Origin: Hydrolagus affinis
Lineage: Eukaryota
NCBI GenBank assembly: GCA_012026655.1
Contig: JAAILG010000502.1
Coordinates: forward strand, 1 to 64,000
Reading direction: 5' to 3'
DNA length: 64,000 bases
Below the pieces are notes generated by a model. That model was not told the DNA's origin. It did no database searches and saw only the letters and a list, made by a program, of their open reading frames with translations. Below are positions 49,447 to 63,837 of this stretch, piece after piece; position 1 is the stretch's first letter, and every line of letters starts with the position of its first letter. A program made the translations under genes and the position numbers.

Positions 49447-52400
49447 TCTCTGTTGCTTGTTGTTATGTCAGCTAGGTAATTAAGTCCTCAAAATGGACTC
49501 AATACCCCAATGTTTTGGACAAATTCAACATTACATTATTCCTCCTTTGTATGAAATCTAGAATTCTATTAGTATTCTGTAAGCCTTGTGCACTTGTATT
49601 CCCACTTTAAACTACCCACATATATTTACTCCTAGATTTTTCCTCGATTAGAATATTGCCATTTATTTAGGTAAATATATACCGTGGTTTTTAAAATAGC
49701 TTTATTGATAAGGTTATTTCCCCCCAGGAGGGGATAAGTGGGAATAAGCAGTGAAGCAGAACGGAATGACAAACCAGGTTGCAAGTTTTTCACTGGTCTA
49801 CACTGACAGGTGACTGCAGAGACCTTACTCAGTGAAAGGGAGAGCGGGAAGTTCATCCTGGTAGCGATTCAGAAATAATAGTTTAAGGAATTTGCTGTGG
49901 CAAATGAAGGTCATATTTCAACTGATTCCAAGCAACTCCATTTTCAGCCACTGATCATGCCCTATCTTCCCCGAAAAGACCAATGTTGTAAACATGGTTA
50001 AACATATTACCCTTCAGCAGACTCTGTGTATAATCAATTAGAAATGGTAGTTATTGGTCTAAGCTGCAGGACAGCCTTATAAACACTAAGTGATTGACTG
50101 GAAAATTAGATCTTGACAAAATATTTACCCTCTCCTCCAATTTATATGTAACACAGAACCTGTCAAACTTGTGCCGCTCTGGCAATTTATTTCACACAAT
50201 CCCCAACACACATTTTCACCTGAAGGTCTTACAGATGCCAGCACATGCCAGCGATGATGACTGGATGATGACTGGATGAATGCAATGCCTGACGAAGTAA
50301 CGCTAAACCACACAACAGGACCAGTACGGAGTCAGATGACACACTGTGCAAGTCCACAGACCTGCTGAAATAGCAGCACAAACAGATGGTAATGACTAAA
50401 TGATCCACCTCCAGGAATAGAACTTGCCTCAAATGCACTAAAACAGCAATCAGATGCATTGGTGCTTTCACCACCTTTTGCATAAAATCACAGAGTAACC
50501 TAAGTTTGGCAGGCCTCGTCTGCAACGCTAGGCTGACGGAAGCAGCTCCACCCTCATTGCTAAGTCTCAGCGGGAACGGCTTCACTGCAGCTGGCAGTAT
50601 TTATACTATGTGTAGAGGTCGGATTCAGGCAATCGCTGGGTTTATTCCAACATCAGTATCAATCAGAGGCAGGCACAGTGATGCCAGATACAGTAGTGAC
50701 CAGTCAGGGTAAATCCCCTCACTGAAAGGAAGCCCTTCTCTTATCCTACTTGCTCATATCACTTTCTTGGCAGTACTTGTACTGCATTGCAGTTCCGATG
50801 GGTGCATAGCAGAGGCTCTTCTGACCTTAGAGGGAATGAAAAGATAAGGGAGGGGGAACGCTTGGATAAGCTGGGCTGTTTCGGCCTTGGAATAAGATAT
50901 TGAGAGGTGGGTATTATGGAGGTATATCAGACGCATAAAGGAACGGCGAAATAAACCTAGAACAATACTTTCAGATTTCCAAAAACAGGCACAGATTCAG
51001 AAGTGTGGAGGGCAACCTTCAAACAAACACTCAGCAAGTATTTCCTTACTCAGAGAGGGAATAACAGCTGCAGTGGGTTACCAGGGAGGAAGGTTGGTGC
51101 CAGGGCACTGATCTCAATTAAAAAACAACCTGATGCTGTAATTGTAAGTTTGGGGGTAGATATGGTGGGTGATCTGCAGGGTCAGAGCAAATGGGTTCGG
51201 AAGACTCTCTTGTGACCGTAAGAAAATAGATATTACTGAAATGCTACAGAGGCTACTGTCTGCTGCCATATAAACTCTCCACTCGTAACATGTTTACGCG
51301 AATAAAAGGAAATATCACAAAGTTACAAAGTGAATAATAATAATAAATAATAATGGTGTTAACTGTGTAATTGTTCCCCTTAACCCATGTGGTTAACAAT
51401 AATCCTAACTAAATCCTAATTTAGTTATGTTATGTGCTAGAGTAGAGTACAGAATCGCTGTTGAATCGCGTTTTTTATTCAAACACGTTTTACATTAAGT
51501 TTAAAAATAAAAAGTTGCAGGTTCCACAGCCAGTAACTAAGTTACTGCTGCTGGCTGCAGATGGTAACACGTGGACTATATGCTATATCCTGTGTGTTTT
51601 CTTAGAATTGTCACATGGAAACTGTCACAGCTACTTTAATCAGTGAGTGCAATCAAAGATCAAACAGCAGCAGCAAGAATACTGCTGTGAAACACCATTC
51701 ATTGGGGGCTTCCAGGCAACGGAGAAATTGATTTTGGAGTTTACCTGAGAAACACAAGCAATGCTAAATTCAAGAAGTATTCAGTACTTATTTCTGGGTA
51801 AGGACCAATTCATTTGGTAAAAGGGCAAATACATGGACTTCAACAATCCAGGATCCTTCAGTCACGGAAACCCGTATTCAGAAATTTTGTAATTTATATT
51901 GAAAATTTTTATAAGTACCCATATGCTTCTTAACACTGCTGTCAGTGTGACCGGTGTAGTCGCGTATCAATTATAATAATAATCCTTGCGTTTGATATAG
52001 AGTCTTATCACTAGTGATTCACACAGTATACTATAAACTGAATTGACTATATATTTTGTGAGAGAAATTCACATTATGAGTTATTTTACCATGACTAAAT
52101 GACTGCCTCCGCAGCTCCTGATATGTTTTATTTCATCTGCCACCCTTCACTACTCGAAATTCATTGAGTAAATGGGATATTTTCAGATCTGAATAAATCT
52201 GATGACCTTAATGATTTCAAAGCACACAAACATCATTAGTAACCTAAAAAACAAACTTTGATTTATAGAAGGAGAGCAGTGGACCATTAAATGTACATCT
52301 AATAGTTTTATAAGTATGTTAGCAATCTGTTTTGTGAGTCTTTGGCTGAGAGACATTTCAGCGGAGTACAGTAATACAGTATATAGATTACAGTATAAAA

Positions 52401-53669
52401 ATTACAACCAGGCCCTTGAAACAGAACTATTTTACAAAAGAAAAAGTGTTTTTTCAATAAGAAATACTAAAGACCAAAGTACTTAATCTGGAGTATCAGA
52501 TTATTACGTCTGGAGTATCAGACGTAAAATTAAAATTGAAGTGTCAAATGCATGACATAACTGTAACTCAGAAAAGTGATGGAAATGCACGGCAATCCAG
52601 TTTTTCCATTTAATCTGGGGACTGTGGTACCATTTACTGTATTCAACAATATGATCATGTTCAACCGGTCTTAAAAAACAATAAACGCAGTGTGAGCGTA
52701 CAATGGTTTCTAAATCGCTGACTCTTTCAGTTTTTTACTTGACACGGCATTACATCACCAACTCTGGTCGTAAAACACCACATTATTCACAGTTGTTAAT
52801 AGCAGCTGTGACCGACAGCACCTTTCTTCCAGTTCTGTTGAAGGGTCACAGAGTTAATCCACCGTTTTCTTTTTGGTACTGAATAACCTGTCGTGGATTT
52901 TCAGTGATTTCCATTTTTATTTGAATCAGCTGCTGGCATTCACAATTTTAGTTATTATAATAAATTATCAGCTTCGCATATCATATTGCACAATAACATC
53001 CACACATCTCATCAACAACATTCATATAGGGCCCTTCACAAGGAGTAGTGTCTCAGAGTCCACCTCCAAGGTAATTTTTGTAAAGTTTAGTGGCTATTCA
53101 AAGACACACCTTTTGTTTAACCTCTTCTTCATCCACCAACAGATTCACACCACAATCCTGGATATCAGCAATAAACAATCTGTTGTACTGCATATGCCAT
53201 GAATTTTGTCCCTTTCACCGTTGTTATTATCTCTCTGTAACCCCCACCTTCCCCCCAAACCATATCCAAAACATCTCCATACTCGACTCTCATCTCAAAA
53301 AATAGAAAGCTCACTACAAAATAATGTGAAACTTCTTGTCTGCTGCCTTCAACGTTGTGCTAAGTTCTTTGAGCTCCGCTTCTCCCCCCTCTCTCCCCAC
53401 CTAGTGAATTAGACCGATTATCCAGAACTTAGGTTTCTTCCTTCTCCTGGCTCCCACTTGGCCTTTTGCTTGATCTTGATCTCTCCATAAGAACTCCCAT
53501 ATCCATCATAAAAACATTTCCCCTAGCTCTCTACTCTCTTCAGTTTAATGCCAACACCCAGTGAAAGCTCCAGAAGAACGCTACAGTTTGGTACAGAAAC
53601 TCATGGAGACCAACGCTAATGGCAGTTGGCTATCTCTTTGAATTCAATTCCCCTCTCTATAGTGTGTTT

Positions 53670-53975
53670 CAGCTTGGCTCACTTGGCAGCAAGATCAGCT
53701 CTGAAGGTTGAGGGTTGATGTTGGGAGATTGTCAGCTTACATTGTAGTCCCAAACTTCCCTGTGCAGTGTTAAGAAGAGCACCGGTTCAGCTTAGGTGCA
53801 AACCCTTCACTACCCAGTGGTTTGGGACGTTCTCCGGACATGAAAGAGGCTCTTTAACTGAAATGTATGGTTATTGTATTGTCGGAGATGTTCTCCGGAG
53901 ATGTCCTGACCGTCCATCCGTTCAGGTGAATGTTAACAACTGCCATTGTTTGGAAAGAGAAACGAATGTTCTGTC
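53670..53975 (+). mobile_element. Decayed Deu-SINE-like relic with an inserted L2-type tail
   Basis: attgtcggagatg...ccgtccatccgttcaggtgaatgttaa resembles the Deu domain. Confidence 0.5.
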
Positions 53976-54463
53976 ACATTTCTCCAAAAGTTTAGTCATT
54001 CACCATCTGAATGTTTGCAGTCCTTGTATCTGTAATAATCCTTGCAGTTGATGTAGAGCATTTTATGTCACGAGGACATTTGAAAGCCTATCACACAATT
54101 AACTGTAAAGTGTAGCGACTGGTATTTGGGGGGCAGCGAACTTGTGCACAGCAACGACCAACAAACAGCCATTAAGTGAATGACCTAATTTATCCGGGCA
54201 AAACTCCCTTCTCCCTTCTTCACTTCTCCCTCCTCTAATTCAGTTGTTTTCTTTGTGTTGGATTTCATTTTCTCGATCTTTGTTTTCTTCGTACTCGAAC
54301 TGCTCTACCTCGAAGGGCTGCTTCTACCTCGCATTTCAATTCTGAAGAATGTTTACCTAAAACACACCTATCTTTCTCTTTCAATTACAGATTAACCAGA
54401 ATGGTTTTCCAACATTTTCTGTTTCCAGGATTTGTAGTTTGTTTTAAAATAAAAAAAGTTATC

Positions 54464-54607
54464 AATAATAATAATCCTTGCATTTGATATAGTGCTTTGC
54501 ACGACTTCGAGACGTCTCAAAGCGCTTCACAGAATATACTGTAAAGTGAATTGACTGTACATTTGTGGGTGAAACACGGCAGCCAATTGCGCACAGCAGC
54601 GTCCCAT
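54464..54607 (-). mobile_element. SINE 3' half, well preserved
   Basis: Typical tail and body with CpGs retained. Confidence 0.88.
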
Positions 54608-56441
54608 CAATCACAGGTCATGTCAACTCTGCTGCTGTTGAACCAATAATTAGCCAATCTGTAGTAACATGTTGTAACAGTGTCCAGTAGGAGGGGAACA
54701 TTGCTCTATCTGTTCAAATTCCCCAAATTACACACCACAATACTGGGAAGAATTTCTTTATTAAGTTTGGAGGCTACCTTTTGACAGATCAAAGTTTTTT
54801 CTCCACAATAAGACTTTCTGTAAATGTAACACGGGTTTAAGTTTAGGGTGTAAACTGCTATCGAGCTTGGGGTTAATACAGTCCTCAAGATGTCAATCTC
54901 TGTAGGAGATTCCAGCAACACGTGGAGTTACAAGAGCTGACTTTGACTCTGGTCCAGAAGAATGGGTGACGCAAAGTGAAATGAATCCAGTGGCGGCTAA
55001 ACTACATTCCCCCCCGCCCTCTCGCTCCCCCATCATGGCCATAAATTCACAACAACTTTATCCTTCAAGCAAATAAAATCAGTCTGTATTTTAATGATGT
55101 TTGGCACCCATTTCTACATTCCATTATTGTTTAAACAAAAGCGTGACTAATTGAAATGGCACGTCAGAGGAGCAAGTAAGAGAGGAACCTCTGGATTGTA
55201 TCCCGCCCACTTTGGCCTAGAATTGCTCAATGCTGTTGCAGGAGAAGTGGTTACACACCACTCAGTGTGTAAAAATATCTCCATTGCAACTCACAGATGA
55301 GCACATACATACAAACATGTTGACTTTGTGGTTCCCCTGGGCACTTTAAAAATTAATGAGAAGAATTCAATGAATGGAACAAAAAAAAAATTGGCTTCTG
55401 TGCAGTTCTGACCATTAAATATTTTTATTTCAAGCAAATAAAATGGGCTTTTCCACTGAGGCCGATTAAACAGTCACATTCCCAGTTTCCTTTGCAGACT
55501 CCCCAACTGCCTGAAGAATGACATTTTATAAAATATCAGAATGATGTAATTTAACGATAACAAGTTTCTTCGACTTTCTTTAAACATATAAATTTATATT
55601 AAACCCACCAAGGAAAAGGAGTACTACCCAAACATCTTGGTTATATTTGAACCCGATTCCTAGAAGGCAAAACAGTTTCCTAACCCAACACATCACTCAG
55701 TTCCTGGGTTTCTTCAACTTTCAATAACTATTATCTACTGGTTCAATCAAATTTGTTAAGTAATGGACAGAAACACTTACAGCTTGCTCAGATGCAAAAT
55801 TTCCTTTCAAGATTGAACATTTTCTCATGCACAGTATGTTAATACATTTTTGGTTTAGAAACATATTACTGTACTTCTATGTGGCCTCACAGAAACCAAC
55901 CATCTGTGGAGGAGAAAAATGCAGCATGTGATGTGATAATTACCACATCACATGTTAGATTTTTCCTATTTATTTTTCAGTCTTTCTTCAGTTTAAGTTA
56001 ACCAGAATTTTCCAAAACCTGCAAAAGATAAACACCCCCAATAAAAGATTTTATAATGGGACAATATATGTCACTATATCTTAAACAAGCCAAATGCCAA
56101 TAAATACCTCACAGTGGATTATGTTCCATTAAGTATGCTTTCCATATGAATGCATTTTTCATTGTAAGTCTGGTTCAAATCAAAACATATAATAACTTAT
56201 TCAGCATCGCTTTTGTGCTTCTTGTGATGTAACTTTGGATTAATAATATAGCACCTGACACTGTTTGTGATGATACAAGATAAAAATTCATAGTACAGAA
56301 GGAGGCCATTCAGTCCATAAAGTCTCACTGGCTCTCAAAGCAATATGTTCATTAATGTTCATATATCTGTCCACATTTACTGTATGTGAAACCACAACGG
56401 ATTCTGCCTCTACCAGTTTCCTTGGCAAAGCATTCCATATA

Positions 56442-56651
56442 CAGTAAAAGCCCGTTTATCCAGCACTCGATCAACCATAACTTCCATATAACCGGCATCG
56501 CAAAAAAAACGTCCGCATTCGATTAACCGGAATTTATCCGGAAAAATTCATTGAAATTTTTTTTTTTTTGCATTTTCGGCTGAATATCCAACAGGCGCTT
56601 TACCCGGCATTGGCCAGGTCCCAAGGGTGCCGGATAAATGGGCTTTTACTG
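56442..56651 (-). mobile_element. Tigger-derived MITE, 210 bp
   Basis: 25-bp TIR CAGTAAAAGCCC(G/A)TTTATCC(A/G)GCAC with TA TSDs; both ends are homologous to the ends of 20698-21408. Confidence 0.92.
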
Positions 56652-56694
56652 TACCAGCAAATTTATTCAGCAAATTGTACAATTGAGGATTTTT

Positions 56695-56990
56695 TATAAT
56701 AATAATCTTTGCATTTGATATAGCACCTTATAATGTCACTGGGATATCTCAAACCACTTCACAGGATACACTGTAAAGTGGGTTGACTGAGAATTTTGTG
56801 GGTGAAATGTGGCAGCCAATTGTGCACAGCAATGTTCCCCAAATAACCAAGGAGTGAGTGGTCAATTTTATTTGAGGGATTATTAACTGGGATAAACTTT
56901 TCTTTTCTATGGTGTCATGGGACCTTTAACATTCACCTGAACAGATCAGTTGGAGATTTGGTTTAACATATCATCCGAAGAACGGATTTT
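56695..56990 (-). mobile_element. Deu-domain SINE relic (tail, body and Deu core)
   Basis: catgggacctttaacattcacctgaacag...ggtttaacatatcatccgaag contiguous with SINE body and tail. Confidence 0.7.
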
Positions 56991-58677
56991 TCACTTCCAT
57001 TAACTGATCATCTGTCAACATAATACCTGAGTATTCATGGTGTAAATAATCCCCTCTTTAAAGGTGTTTATATCCATGAGGATAGAAATGACAGAAATAG
57101 GTTATTTGTCCCACTGTATCCAGATTGTTTTGGTTCATCCATTGAAGCTGGCTACCCTAATCACAGTTTCATGTTATTCTGCATCCCACTCCCTCCCCTC
57201 CTTGTTAGGTGAAATGAGCTAGAGATTTCTTTAATCAAATCCCTTTTGTACATTCATTAGTGTGTCATAACATTATTGGAACATTAATTGCATCAACGTC
57301 CCAGAAATGGACTAACCCACTAACCTAGTTTTTTGCTTCACCACATCCATTGCAACATTCATGCCAAGGCAGGTACAGAAATAATAATTATTTTAATTGT
57401 AGGTGACAATTTGAGAAAGTAAGGAGAAATATCAGAACACTCACTAAACTATGCCATTGGATTAATTGTTCTAAATTCAAGATCATATTGAGGATAGACG
57501 TTGGATATACTGTCAAGTGTAGTGACTGTTTTGTGCATAAATATTTAGAATAGACATTCTCCCAAGATGGATTCAACCTGCTTACCTAATTGTAGAAAAG
57601 TATAGATGCAGTTTGGCATGACTCAAGGCTTGAGAACGCCTTGAGTTAACAGGAGGCAGGATAGTGGGAACAAATTCTGCCCCCCACCAATCCTACCGCC
57701 AAGCTAGGGTGGTTGGTTTGTCAACAGCATTGCCTTGGAGTATTGCAGATCTGTCTGGCTCAGGAGCGAGACTACCAAGATCGCCCCGGAGGATCGACTC
57801 AGTTCTGATCTTCCTTTGGCATCAGCCGTCATAGTTTGAAGATTTTTGAAGAGAATCTTGATGCAGAAGAAGGTTGTCAAGTTTATTTTGATTTGCTTAC
57901 AAAGTTGGCTCAATGATGCAGTCTGCTTTGGAACATTACCAGGTCACTTGCACTTTAGTTATTGTGCTGAAAATAACACAGAGCCCTTTGGAAACCATTG
58001 CTTTACTGGTCTTGTCATTGTCTATAGCTATGCAATCAAATCTCACATGGCATACGTAACACTTAATGATAAATGGATGGTATTTATGAGCTGTACATTG
58101 TAATACAGCTAAACACTCTGTTCAAAATGTACACTCGGTCACATTTGCCTTCCAGCTTCCTCACCACCAACCATTCAAATATTTTACCAGAATAAAAAGA
58201 GAGCAAATGACTTACTCCTAATTCTTTGTTAATTTGGATCAAAATGGAAGACAACAGCATAAACGGAGCAAGTGTCTCGCAACACAAGATGTGTCTCAAG
58301 CAGGGAATCCCACGTACATCAGGCCATCCCACACTGGAACTCTACTCCGAGACAATCTGGGCTTTTCCAGTTCAAGTGCTTTATCCAGCTCTATTCTTTA
58401 CTGTAAATAGCATCTGGGAAAGCAGTGAGAACAGCTTGATTTATCCTCACACCTTTTTTTCACAAAGTTTTAAAGGTCTTTGCTTGGTACATTTCTGAAA
58501 CAGATGTCAAGATCAAGTACTCAGCATATGAGGAACAGAAGTACGCTAATCACGTGCTACCACACCGTGTCATTATTTGTGATGTCTCACAGATTTTCTT
58601 CCCCTTGTTTCCTTGCTTATGGCTTTCTAAGCCACACATCAATTCCAACTGGAAAGTGAGTTCCTGGTCTGAGACAT

Positions 58678-58988
58678 GTGGAGTCCTGTAGCTCAGTGGT
58701 TAGAGCACTTGCCTTATAAGCATGAGACCTGTGTTTGAATCCAGAGTAACTTCACATTACCTACAACAACAAAATTACCTAATAATGATCCCTCAAAATA
58801 AAACTATACTGTAATAAATTGGTCATTTCAATCCACGACTGGGGGACACTGCATTGCAGTGCAAACGCTGCCGCGTTTCACCCACAAATATACAGTCAAT
58901 TCATTTTACAGTATATTCTGTCAAGCTCTTTGAGACGTCTAGAACACATGAAAAGCGCTATATCCAATGCAAGGATTATTATTATTAT
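58678..58988 (+). mobile_element. Full-length tRNA-SINE
   Basis: A box, body, (ATT)n tail. Confidence 0.9.
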
Positions 58989-59699
58989 CTCTGCTGATGC
59001 ATTTCCTGATTCAACAGCTAGGGGATGCCAGAGAGTAGACTGTTTGTGACATACAATATCCTAAACCTCTTTCTTGTGAGTAAGGAGCAAGCCTTTACTT
59101 GGCATCTCTCTACAGTAATGAGCCTGATCAGCAGAGTGATAGCCAATGGTCATAAATCACATCTGACAATCACATAGCTTTGTGCACAGTTAAATATCCT
59201 CTTTTATTAGGTAGAAATGTCCAATACAGGATTCATAGTAGACCTGTATAATGATCAAGCTTTCATTTCCTATTGTCTAGAGACAAATCACCAAACATGT
59301 TATTAAATGCTGAACCTCAGGATTACAAGCCCAGAGAAAAACACCCATCTCTGATTTAATACCAGTTCATTGCCAAGTCAGTGAGCATTATTTATAGGTT
59401 GAGATGAGTGCAGCTGCCTGCATTCTTATCTTGTGCAAGAAGCTAACTGAAGTAAACCCAAACAGAATATCTCGACCACTGTTATGAACACACCAAAACA
59501 CGCAAGCAGATTTCATCCAATTTGATAGTAAACACTACTATTGTTCAGGAGACACTGTCTTATCCATGAGAAGTTTAAATGTTCAGGTTTCTAGAAACAG
59601 TATTGATTGTGTATTGGAAGGTGAGCCCGGCATCCACTTTGTGGATAGCAATATCCAACAAATGAGTAAAGTGAATGAAGTGTTATATCTGGAGCATGG

Positions 59700-59850
59700 A
59701 TGGCCATCTTTTCAAATAGTTACATGGGATTTTTAATGTCCACCTGAACAGGCAGACGGGTGGGACCTTGGTTTAAAGTCTCATCGAAAGGACAGCAGTG
59801 TTCCCTCAATTGGAGTGTCATCAGGCTGTGAGTTCAAAATCCAGCTGTGA
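59700..59850 (-). mobile_element. Deu-domain SINE relic
   Basis: catgggatttttaatgtccacctgaacaggcagacggg...ttggtttaaagtctcatcgaaagg. Confidence 0.7.
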
Positions 59851-60064
59851 GGCAGGAACCCAGCAGCAACAACAACAACTTGTATTGACAACCTACTGAC
59901 TCCCAGGCGAGAGTGCTATCAGGCAGAGACATACAAAAAATATTATCTCTAAAAGTTGTACTATAGTTTGTGCACCACTTTAAAATACGTGCTTCTAAAT
60001 AACCATAGAAGAACAAAACTGAGCTCAGTATGTCCTTGAACCTAATGTCAACAAGACTGAGGCC

Positions 60065-60405
60065 CTTTTGATTGGCTCGCGCCAGCGCCTTCACACATCA
60101 GGCACTGGCAGCATCAACCTCCATGGTTGAATACTCAATCTCACCCAGCCATAACGCTCATTCATGCCTTCATCGCATCCCGGCTTGACTACGCCATCGC
60201 TCTGCTTTTCGGCCTTCCCAATTCCTCCCTCCATAGGCTGTAGATAATCCAGAACTCTGCGGCCCGTGTCCTCTACCGCTCCAAGCTCCGTGATCCCCTT
60301 CCCCCCATCCCTGCCCGACTCCATTGGCTCCCCATCACCTTCAGCAATTCTGGGATGTCCTCCTCACGTGGAAGGCGCTATACAAGTGTAATTTTGTTGT
60401 TGTTG
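60065..60405 (+). mobile_element. L2 fragment with internal deletions
   Basis: LIHAFIASRLDY..., IIQNSAARVL; (GTT)n tail. Confidence 0.88.
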
Positions 60406-63400
60406 AACCTCAAATTATATTCTATTGTTGAGTGAAATGCTGGATTTCAGTTTCTCAATGAAAAAGGCTGAAAGGTCCCAGAGCCCAGTGACAAATGTGG
60501 AAAGAAATCCGAAACTTATTGAAAACCAATAAAGGTTTATTACAGGGAACAAGCCTGTTCTCGGTAAGCCTATTCCACAAAGGTCTTTCAGCCCATTCAG
60601 GCAATATTTCAGGAAGGAGATTTTCCCAGCATTTCTTTTCTAATTGAATCTAAAGAGAGGGACATTAATATGTATTCCAATGTGCTTAAATCAGTTTTGA
60701 AATACTTTTGATGGATTAAACAGAAACATGGTCTTTATACTTCTGATGATTTATGATCAATGTAATCCATCAATCAGAAAATAGGTTTTGAAATCGGTGT
60801 TTAAAATCAACGAGTGCTTGAAATCCGAATTAGATACTGTACATTGCACTGAATACCTGTAGGCCAACTTACATGGATATGGCACTTACTTGCTATAATA
60901 ATAATGACTTAAAGCATTCACTGAGGTTGCAAGAAATTGCCTCTGGATGAGAACTTGCTGAACATAGAGACTGAAAACTTGAAAGTAACATTTTGAATTC
61001 AAACAATATGTAAATGCTATCATGTTTTGATATATGCAACATTAATAACTATTTGGTTTATTTAATAACTATTTGGAGCCTGTCTCTTGGTATCCATATT
61101 CCAATTCCAGCTAGATTTCTACAGAAGGAGAAGCTACTAGTTAATGGGAGGGCAATGCAATGTTAATGAAGACTCAAAAGCTGTGACGAGAAACAAAAGC
61201 ACGTGCATTTGTTTTGTAAAAGACTTTCGCCTAATGTCTGCAGCATTTAACCAAGATTCCAAAAGACCCAGAGGTCACTCATTAGGGACTTTCTTGTGAG
61301 ACTGTAATAGCATTTGTTGTTAGTTTGTACACTGTACTGTAAATAAAATGACAGTACATCTGCATATTTGTCGAGGCTGTGAACCTCTGATTAATGTGGT
61401 AATACCTGTTTTTTGATGAAAATTTGATCAAGGATCCAGGCTAATTCCAATAGACAGAATAACTGGTTTGGGCCACTGTTAATCCTTCAGGCGCGTGTGC
61501 CTCAAGGTCTGACAGGCTTTTGAGAACTATTGTTTATTTATTACAAGATGATATTTAATAGCCTGAATATTGTAACAGCAACACTGACTGCTGTCAGTAA
61601 TAGAGCTCCTGAATGCATCTGCACTATGCACTATTTTAATTGTTGTGCTTTAAATTATTGGCAGTTCAGTGAGTTTCATCTGTCTGTAGGTTAGGAAAGG
61701 TGCCAGGTTAATTTCCTGATTTGTGCTGAGATAACAGATCTCAGATGAATCAGCACCAGTTAGGAGGAAACCAACCACAGCTCCTGATTCTAACCCCGCT
61801 GGAAGTATGCACAGAGCTGGAAACCCAAACTCCTCTGTGCCTCCACTGGACTTGCCTTACTGCAGATGAAGCATTGCCAATCTAATGCCGACATAGGCTA
61901 GGATCCAATATTGGGACAATATGGGACAGAGCTGGAGAGTCAAGATTGTAGACCAGATTTAAGTTATTGGCTGTTTTAACTTATCATTTTCCATATGTAA
62001 CATTGATCAAAAATGGGGGGATTTTGTCACCAATGTTAATTAAGGTGTCAGAGTATAATTTCACTCTCTTATTTTAATGAGGTTCGAGAGATAATAGTAA
62101 TGAATGCATCTGATATAGCACATTGTCACATCACTGAGTCCAAAAGTGCTTCACAGAATATACTGTAAAGTGGATAGCCTCTGTATTTTGTGCACAATAT
62201 AATTATAAAGGATGCAATGTTAAAATAAATTTTAAAGGGAATGTCTTTTATCATTTACGTCAAAAGTAATGGACAAATGTAGGCTGTTCATAGGGGAAAT
62301 GTAATTTAAGCTTCTTTAAACTGAACACCATATTTGTTTGAAGGGATAAAAGAAACACTAAGCAATGTTCCTATGATGTTATCAATGACTGGTTGAAACA
62401 ATAGCTGTCTTCTTTCACTTGAATTATGCTCCTCAGTGGCTTGTCGGTGTTAAATCTCATAAAACACACAAATCGAGCTTTATGTTTTAGGCAAGAGAAT
62501 GATTTCAACATCAATTGGGCTGTGTATGCATTATCTCCATGTAACAATATGTGTCAATGTCTCCGAAATGCGATATTTCAGGATTGTTCTGGTGCTGCGA
62601 TTAATGAATTGATTAAAACATGTCGATATTTTCATATTTCCTTCAAACACTCAAAGATAATACATTCTCAAGACAAACATCATCAATTGTGCTGATGAAA
62701 TCTATTGAGCTTGGAGGAGGTATTCTCTAATTACATTGATAAATCTAAGACAGCAACCCCTTAATGTTCCCATTATTGTTTTGCAACAAATGGCTAACTC
62801 AGCAATAGCAACAAAAAAAGCTCTTGAAATAGCATTTACTTGAAAACAGTACTGGAGGATACCGGCTTAGGTGCAGACTGAAATTCCGCAGAAGCATAAT
62901 GTCTCTGCTGTTGGAGCTGGGATGGGGGAAATATTGTCTATAGAGTAAGGGAGGATTGGTTTGAAAAATAGAGGTGTGGGGACAGAGGAATCTCATGGAG
63001 TTTTTGTATGATTGACTCAGGGGTTTGAGTTGACTCTAGCCAGAGCTTAACACCAGGGAAACAAGAGTGCCTGAGATCAAGTGAGTAATAGTATCGGGTT
63101 TGCATGATGAGAAGTGGTGGGATTTGATGCTTTTCAATGTTCTCCAACTCTTCTGTTATGATAGATATCAAGCCATTAGCACAACAGATTAGAATTAATA
63201 AATCATCCAGTATTAAACTTCTGTTGATTTGACCTGAATTACAACCACCAGGTAGAGTATGTTGAGAAACATAACAATAGAATCACAGCAAGACTATATA
63301 ACAAGCTCTCTTAAAAGATACAAAGTACAGAAGACTGTTTTTACTCAGCGTAAATGAGATTCCATTACTATATACTGGACTATACTACAAAGGAATTGCA

Positions 63401-63536
63401 TTAAAAAAGAATAGCATGTTATTATTTAATTCTGATTGTAATGTTTTTTACTTTTGATAGCTTGTGATCAAGACATCTCAAAATGCTTCACAGCGTATAC
63501 TGTAAAATTATTTGATTGTGAACATTTTGTAACGGG

Positions 63537-63837
63537 AATAATAATAATCCTTGTATTTGATATAGCCATATTCACATCTTCTAGACGTCTCAAAGCGCTT
63601 GACAGAATATACTGTAAAGTGAATTGACTGTACATATGTGGGCAAAACGTGGCAGACAATGGTGCACAGCAGTGTCTCACAAACAGTCATGGATTGAAAT
63701 GACCAATTTTTTTTGATGGATTATTGTCAGATGTATGGAGTAAGGAAACTTGCGCAAGGTTTTACCCTACCTGGAATTGAACCCAGGTCTATTGCTTGTA
63801 AGACAAGAGCTTTAACTGCTGAGCTACAGGACTCCAC
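63537..63837 (-). mobile_element. Full-length tRNA-SINE
   Basis: Head gagctacaggactccac, B box, tail. Confidence 0.9.

Noticed and set aside
50229-50585. 118-aa minus-strand ORF
   Set aside because: Non-ATG start, no homology or splice structure recognised.
52488-52525. Short local duplications (tctggagtatcaga x2; also 16151-16181, 50255-50280, 61043-61076)
   Set aside because: Consistent with ordinary slippage micro-duplications.
57700-58500. Coding-looking unique sequence considered as DNMT3A exon 4 or a transposase relic
   Set aside because: No frame with proper splice sites or recognisable motifs.
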